Part shown: positions 60,332-64,000 of the stretch, piece by piece
Position numbering within the stretch: the stretch's first letter is position 1
Layout of the letters: every line of letters begins with the position of its first letter
The notes under the pieces: generated by a model
The model's input: only the letters and a program-made list of their open reading frames with translations
Told to the model about the DNA's origin: nothing
The model's database searches: none
Translations under genes and position numbers: made by a program
Origin: Alphaproteobacteria bacterium
GTDB lineage: Bacteria; Pseudomonadota; Alphaproteobacteria; UBA7887
Assembly (NCBI GenBank): GCA_965216755.1
Contig: CBDCGL010000011.1
Span: forward strand, 1,216,001 to 1,280,000
Length of the DNA: 64,000 nt
Direction of reading: 5' to 3'

Positions 60332-61768
60332 CTACTCAAACATTTCTTTGAAATGGGTCGTCGCCCAACCGATCATTTCTTGGCCCATATCGGCGCTGCG
60401 TTGCATGTTGCGGTCTCGCCACGCAAACGCCGCGCCCGTGTCGGTCCAACTGGCAATCGTACGCTCCATGCTCATCGCCGTGATATCGGCTTGGGGCGGC
60501 AAATACTCCGATCCAAAGTAAATGGCCTCCATCGGATCGGCGCTGACCATCGAATAGCACGATGTATACGGACTCTCCCACGCGATCTCTTCACCCTTGA
60601 TGCGCGCGGCAATAACCTTTGCCACGAAACGCGCCTCGGCTTGCGCCGTGGAACCGCTTTTCGAGTAGCCGGTCGAACGCGAGTCACCGATCACGTAGAC
60701 CCGTTCGTCGTCGATAATATTATTTCTATATTGGTTGATCCGCGCTTCCATCTGCGGACTCGCGTCATTGACCAAACCCAACGTCTCAATCAGTCTCGCG
60801 CCGCGTATCCGCGGATAGATCGCGGCATCATCGAACGTATAGTCGTCGAATTCATCGATGACCGTTTTATTTTCGACGTCAACACCGACAACAGTAATTG
60901 ACGGGTAATATTCGATATAATCCTTATAGAGTTCGTCAAACGCGGCGTGAAACCCTTCCGCTTTTATCTTGATATCGTGATTGAAATCCAGAAGAACGAC
61001 TTTCGCACTCAGCTTTTTCCGCTTGAACACAGATGCGATCATGCAGGCGCGCTCATAAGGCGCCGGCATACAGCGATAGTTCCCGCTGGGCACGGTCAGC
61101 AAAAACAAGCCTTTTTCGAAATTGTCGACCTTGCGCTTAAGTGTTAAGTGCTCAGACCCGGGCTTGAAGGCGGCCGGAAAATTAGCCATCAGCGCATGTT
61201 TTTGGTCCGGATCATGCACGCCGATCGCATCGTAGTCATAGTCAATGCCGGGCGACAAAACCAAATAATCGTAGTCAATGTGCCCTTTCTCTGTGAAAAC
61301 GCGACGTATCTCGCGATCCACGTCCAAAACAGTCGCATTGAAGAACGTGTAGTTATTATTTCGCGCCGCGTCCAAAAAGCTATGCGTAATGAAGTCATAG
61401 TCGACCACATCGGCGAGCCAGAGATTACTGATTGGGCACGAGATGAACACGGCACGCCGCTCAACGAGAACAACGTCCAGTTCAGGACTGTGCATTTTCA
61501 AGTGCTTCGCGATGGTTAGACCGCCCCAACCACCGCCCACGACCACCGCCCGCAGTCCGCTCGGCGTCGGCAGCTCGGCTTGCTGATCGACAATGATGTT
61601 TGGTTTTATGACCGGGGACTTTGCCGCGTGGGCCGCGCCGAGTTGAGTCGTAGCCATCGCACCGACGACCCCCGCCGATGTCTGCAAAAAAGTCCGTCGT
61701 GAAATTCGTTTGGGCACGCGCTCGTTCCCTATGCTGGTCTTGAAGCCATCGTCCGGCCGAGTGTTCAC
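60332..61768 (-). CDS. Flavocytochrome c sulfide dehydrogenase flavoprotein (FccB/SoxF-like), Tat-exported
   Basis: SRRTFL Tat motif, VVGGGWGG, SCPISN, YRCMPAPYERA, VIGD, KSGSTA, TSCYS. Confidence 0.85.
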   Translation of the reverse strand: MNTRPDDGFKTSIGNERVPKRISRRTFLQTSAGVVGAMATTQLGAAHAAKSPVIKPNIIVDQQAELPTPSGLRAVVVGGGWGGLTIAKHLKMHSPELDVVLVERRAVFISCPISNLWLADVVDYDFITHSFLDAARNNNYTFFNATVLDVDREIRRVFTEKGHIDYDYLVLSPGIDYDYDAIGVHDPDQKHALMANFPAAFKPGSEHLTLKRKVDNFEKGLFLLTVPSGNYRCMPAPYERACMIASVFKRKKLSAKVVLLDFNHDIKIKAEGFHAAFDELYKDYIEYYPSITVVGVDVENKTVIDEFDDYTFDDAAIYPRIRGARLIETLGLVNDASPQMEARINQYRNNIIDDERVYVIGDSRSTGYSKSGSTAQAEARFVAKVIAARIKGEEIAWESPYTSCYSMVSADPMEAIYFGSEYLPPQADITAMSMERTIASWTDTGAAFAWRDRNMQRSADMGQEMIGWATTHFKEMFE

Positions 61769-62157
61769 TTCCGCATCGCTTATGCATTGGCGTTACCGGC
61801 TTGCAATCCGATCGTAACAAACGCGCCAATAGGCGCAAAGTCAGTGTCTGGGCCCCCGCTTAACATATGGGAAACGGATAGCACAATTCCGTAGAGAGGT
61901 CGGTATTCGGACTGACCAATAAGCGATACCGCACAGGCACAAAATTGCTTCCTTCTCGCGTTCGCCCGTGGGCGGCGCCCTAGTCGACAGACGCCAGTGC
62001 CCAGAATTGATCAGCGTACCGTGAACACAGCGGACTAGCACTTATACGTGCCTATTGCGTCCTTGGATCTCCTCCTTCCATTGCAATTTTGGCGAGCTCT
62101 GGGCAACACTGGCCGCATAAGCGGACAAAACTGGGAAGCTAAAGAGTTTCGAAAATC

Positions 62158-63108
62158 GTGATGATGACAATACGACCACCGGCCGCAACAAGAGTCCTGG
62201 CCGCCCTCGCCGCCCTTCTCGCCCCACCATGTCTCGTGGCGCAAGGCGAAGATGGCGAACCCGCCAACGCACTCGCTCGAGTTGGCGAAACTTTCCGAGA
62301 TTGCCCGGCTTGTCCCGAAATGGTTGTTGTGCCAGCCGGACAATTCATGATGGGCGCGCCGGCGGATGAGCCCGGTCGGACGGATCCCGAGGGCCCTGTT
62401 CATCGCGTTTTCATCCGCCAGCCCTTCGCCGTCGGCGCCTTTGAGGTAACGGTGGCCGAGTGGCGCGCTTGCGTCGCGGATGACGGCTGTCCGGAGGTTG
62501 AAGCAATCGGATCGCAAACGGATTGCGAGACGTGCCCGGTCACCGGTGTCAATTGGCATGACGCGCAGTCTTACCTGGTGTGGTTGAGGCAGAAGACCAA
62601 GGCGCCATACCGACTGCTCACCGAAGCACAGTGGGAATATGCAGCACGCGCCTCGACTGATACGGCGCGGTATTGGGGCGCCAGCACGAATGGCGCTTGC
62701 CAACACGAAAACCTATTTAACATCTCGGGCGTGCAAACCGGTGGCGGTGCGAATAATCAGGACAGTTGTGATGATGGATTCGCCCAGGCCGCGCCCGTCG
62801 GCTCTTTCAGTACCAATGGTTTTGGCCTCCATGACATGCTCGGCAACGTCTCGGAATGGGTCGAGGACTGTTGGTTCGAGGGCTACGCCGGTGCGCCTGT
62901 TGATGGCAATGCGCGCACGAGGTCACTCAGAACCAGCCGCCCGGAACCCTATACGCCATGGCCAGAGGGGGATTGCAGCCTTCGTGTCAATCGAGGCGGC
63001 ACCTGGCTAACGCCGGCCGACCAAGCCCGTTCCGCGAGTCGGGTCGGAAAAGATGCACGGACACGCGCGCCAGCGCTGGGATTCCGAGTCGCGAGAATTC
63101 TGCGATAG
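62158..63108 (+). CDS. Formylglycine-generating enzyme (SUMF1/FGE) domain protein, secreted
   Basis: FRDCPACPEMVVVPAGQFMMG, YRLLTEAQWEYAARA, NGFGLHDMLGNVSEW, RGGTW, GFRVAR. Confidence 0.88.
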   Translation: MMMTIRPPAATRVLAALAALLAPPCLVAQGEDGEPANALARVGETFRDCPACPEMVVVPAGQFMMGAPADEPGRTDPEGPVHRVFIRQPFAVGAFEVTVAEWRACVADDGCPEVEAIGSQTDCETCPVTGVNWHDAQSYLVWLRQKTKAPYRLLTEAQWEYAARASTDTARYWGASTNGACQHENLFNISGVQTGGGANNQDSCDDGFAQAAPVGSFSTNGFGLHDMLGNVSEWVEDCWFEGYAGAPVDGNARTRSLRTSRPEPYTPWPEGDCSLRVNRGGTWLTPADQARSASRVGKDARTRAPALGFRVARILR

Positions 63109-63416
63109 TACAAACAGTGCAATACGCCCTGCGGCCCATGACTTAGTTTCGGCCGAAATCCGCTCCGATAGAACGGTTCCGCGTGGTCGCAGGGAACGTG
63201 TGCGGGTGCCCCATAGACACGGACCGCATTAGTTGAGAGGATATGTTTGCTTGGCATTGCCACAAAAATGCGCCGGGCGAACGCGAGGTACGAAATTTTC
63301 TTGGGGGTGGAGGTTCGATTACCCTCAAGAGTGAGACTTGGGGCTGCAAGAATAGCGGCCCCCTTTTTGAGGCTTGCCAATCGAGTACAATGATTGGTGG
63401 CAGATATTTGGCGGTG

Positions 63417-63971
63417 ATGAACAAAACGAGCACATTGAGACCGGCGGCGAACGCGATTAAAACTCTCTATGGTGAGACCAATCGCCGATCGCTGTTGGTC
63501 GGTGTAGCAGCAGCCGGTATCGCCTACGCCGCCACTGGCAGGGCCCTTGCCCAACACGCGGCATCCGACGGCCCTCGGGCAGGCTTGGACAAAGATGAAC
63601 TTGAGCGTAGCCGGCTCGAAGCTGAATCAATAATACAGCGGATCGTCGGTGATCGGCCACTTCGTGAAGGCCTCGTCCACGCCACGGTGCCAGATATCGC
63701 CGAAGATGGTAGCGCCGTCCCGGTGTCATTTGCGATCGAAAGCGCGATGACCGAGGGCGATTATCCAAAGACCGTCCATATTGTTGGTACGCTCAATCCA
63801 TTTCCCGAACTCGCGAGATTCCATTTCACACCGGCATGCGGCGCTGCCGAGGTCACTTTTCGCTGCCGTATGCGGACATCGTCAAACCTTGTCATCATCG
63901 CCGATATGGCTGACGGCAGCGTCGGCCAATGGTCGCAGTGGGTGACTGTTACAGTCGGCGCTTGTGCCTAA
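63417..63971 (+). CDS. SoxY-like sulfur carrier protein, Tat-exported
   Basis: NRRSLL Tat motif, VPDIAEDGSAVPV, NPFP, FRCRMRTSS, C-terminal VTVGACA. Confidence 0.8.
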   Translation: MNKTSTLRPAANAIKTLYGETNRRSLLVGVAAAGIAYAATGRALAQHAASDGPRAGLDKDELERSRLEAESIIQRIVGDRPLREGLVHATVPDIAEDGSAVPVSFAIESAMTEGDYPKTVHIVGTLNPFPELARFHFTPACGAAEVTFRCRMRTSSNLVIIADMADGSVGQWSQWVTVTVGACA

Positions 63972-63982
63972 CGGAAAAAGCG

Positions 63983-64000
63983 ATGCCAGATCAGCAACAA
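63983..64000 (+). CDS. Start of next ORF, possibly SoxZ-like (truncated by window end)
   Basis: ATG 11 nt after the soxY-like stop; identity inferred only from the usual soxYZ order. Confidence 0.3.

Noticed and set aside
1-64000. CRISPR array, integron integrase/attC array, rRNA or prophage structural genes
   Set aside because: No regularly spaced identical repeats, cas or intI genes, rRNA or phage structural ORFs seen

Overview
64 kb of a GC-rich alphaproteobacterial chromosome; the gene order (glyQ/glyS-ppdK, fliJ-fliI-ctrA next to cheR-cheB-cheY-cheW-cheA, radC-map-sfsA) resembles Rhodospirillales. Bases 1-37.6 kb are mostly core and housekeeping genes, with two copies of a CTAG-bounded palindromic MITE-like element and one frameshifted MetE-like gene. 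Accessory DNA starts right after tRNA-Leu(TAA) at 37.7 kb. It holds a proteasome-beta-like N-terminal-Thr protease whose stop codon overlaps that of a SocA/Panacea(DUF4065/YwgA)-like protein, a small membrane protein, a 1700-aa nuclease-STAND-NTPase (Avs/NLR-like) and an IS21 element without target duplication. Next come a di-heme DHOR protein and a LysR-hydrolase-CoA ligase-crotonase module bracketed by a gap-free 153-bp degenerate direct repeat, whose sub-units recur after the following genes. The window ends with a third MITE copy and a sulfur-related cluster (FccB/SoxF-like, FGE-domain protein, variant SoxY). Best candidates for undescribed biology: (1) the protease + SocA-like adaptor + STAND nuclease locus; (2) the repeat-delimited modules at 50-60 kb. 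All calls come from reading motifs by eye; no database search was run.
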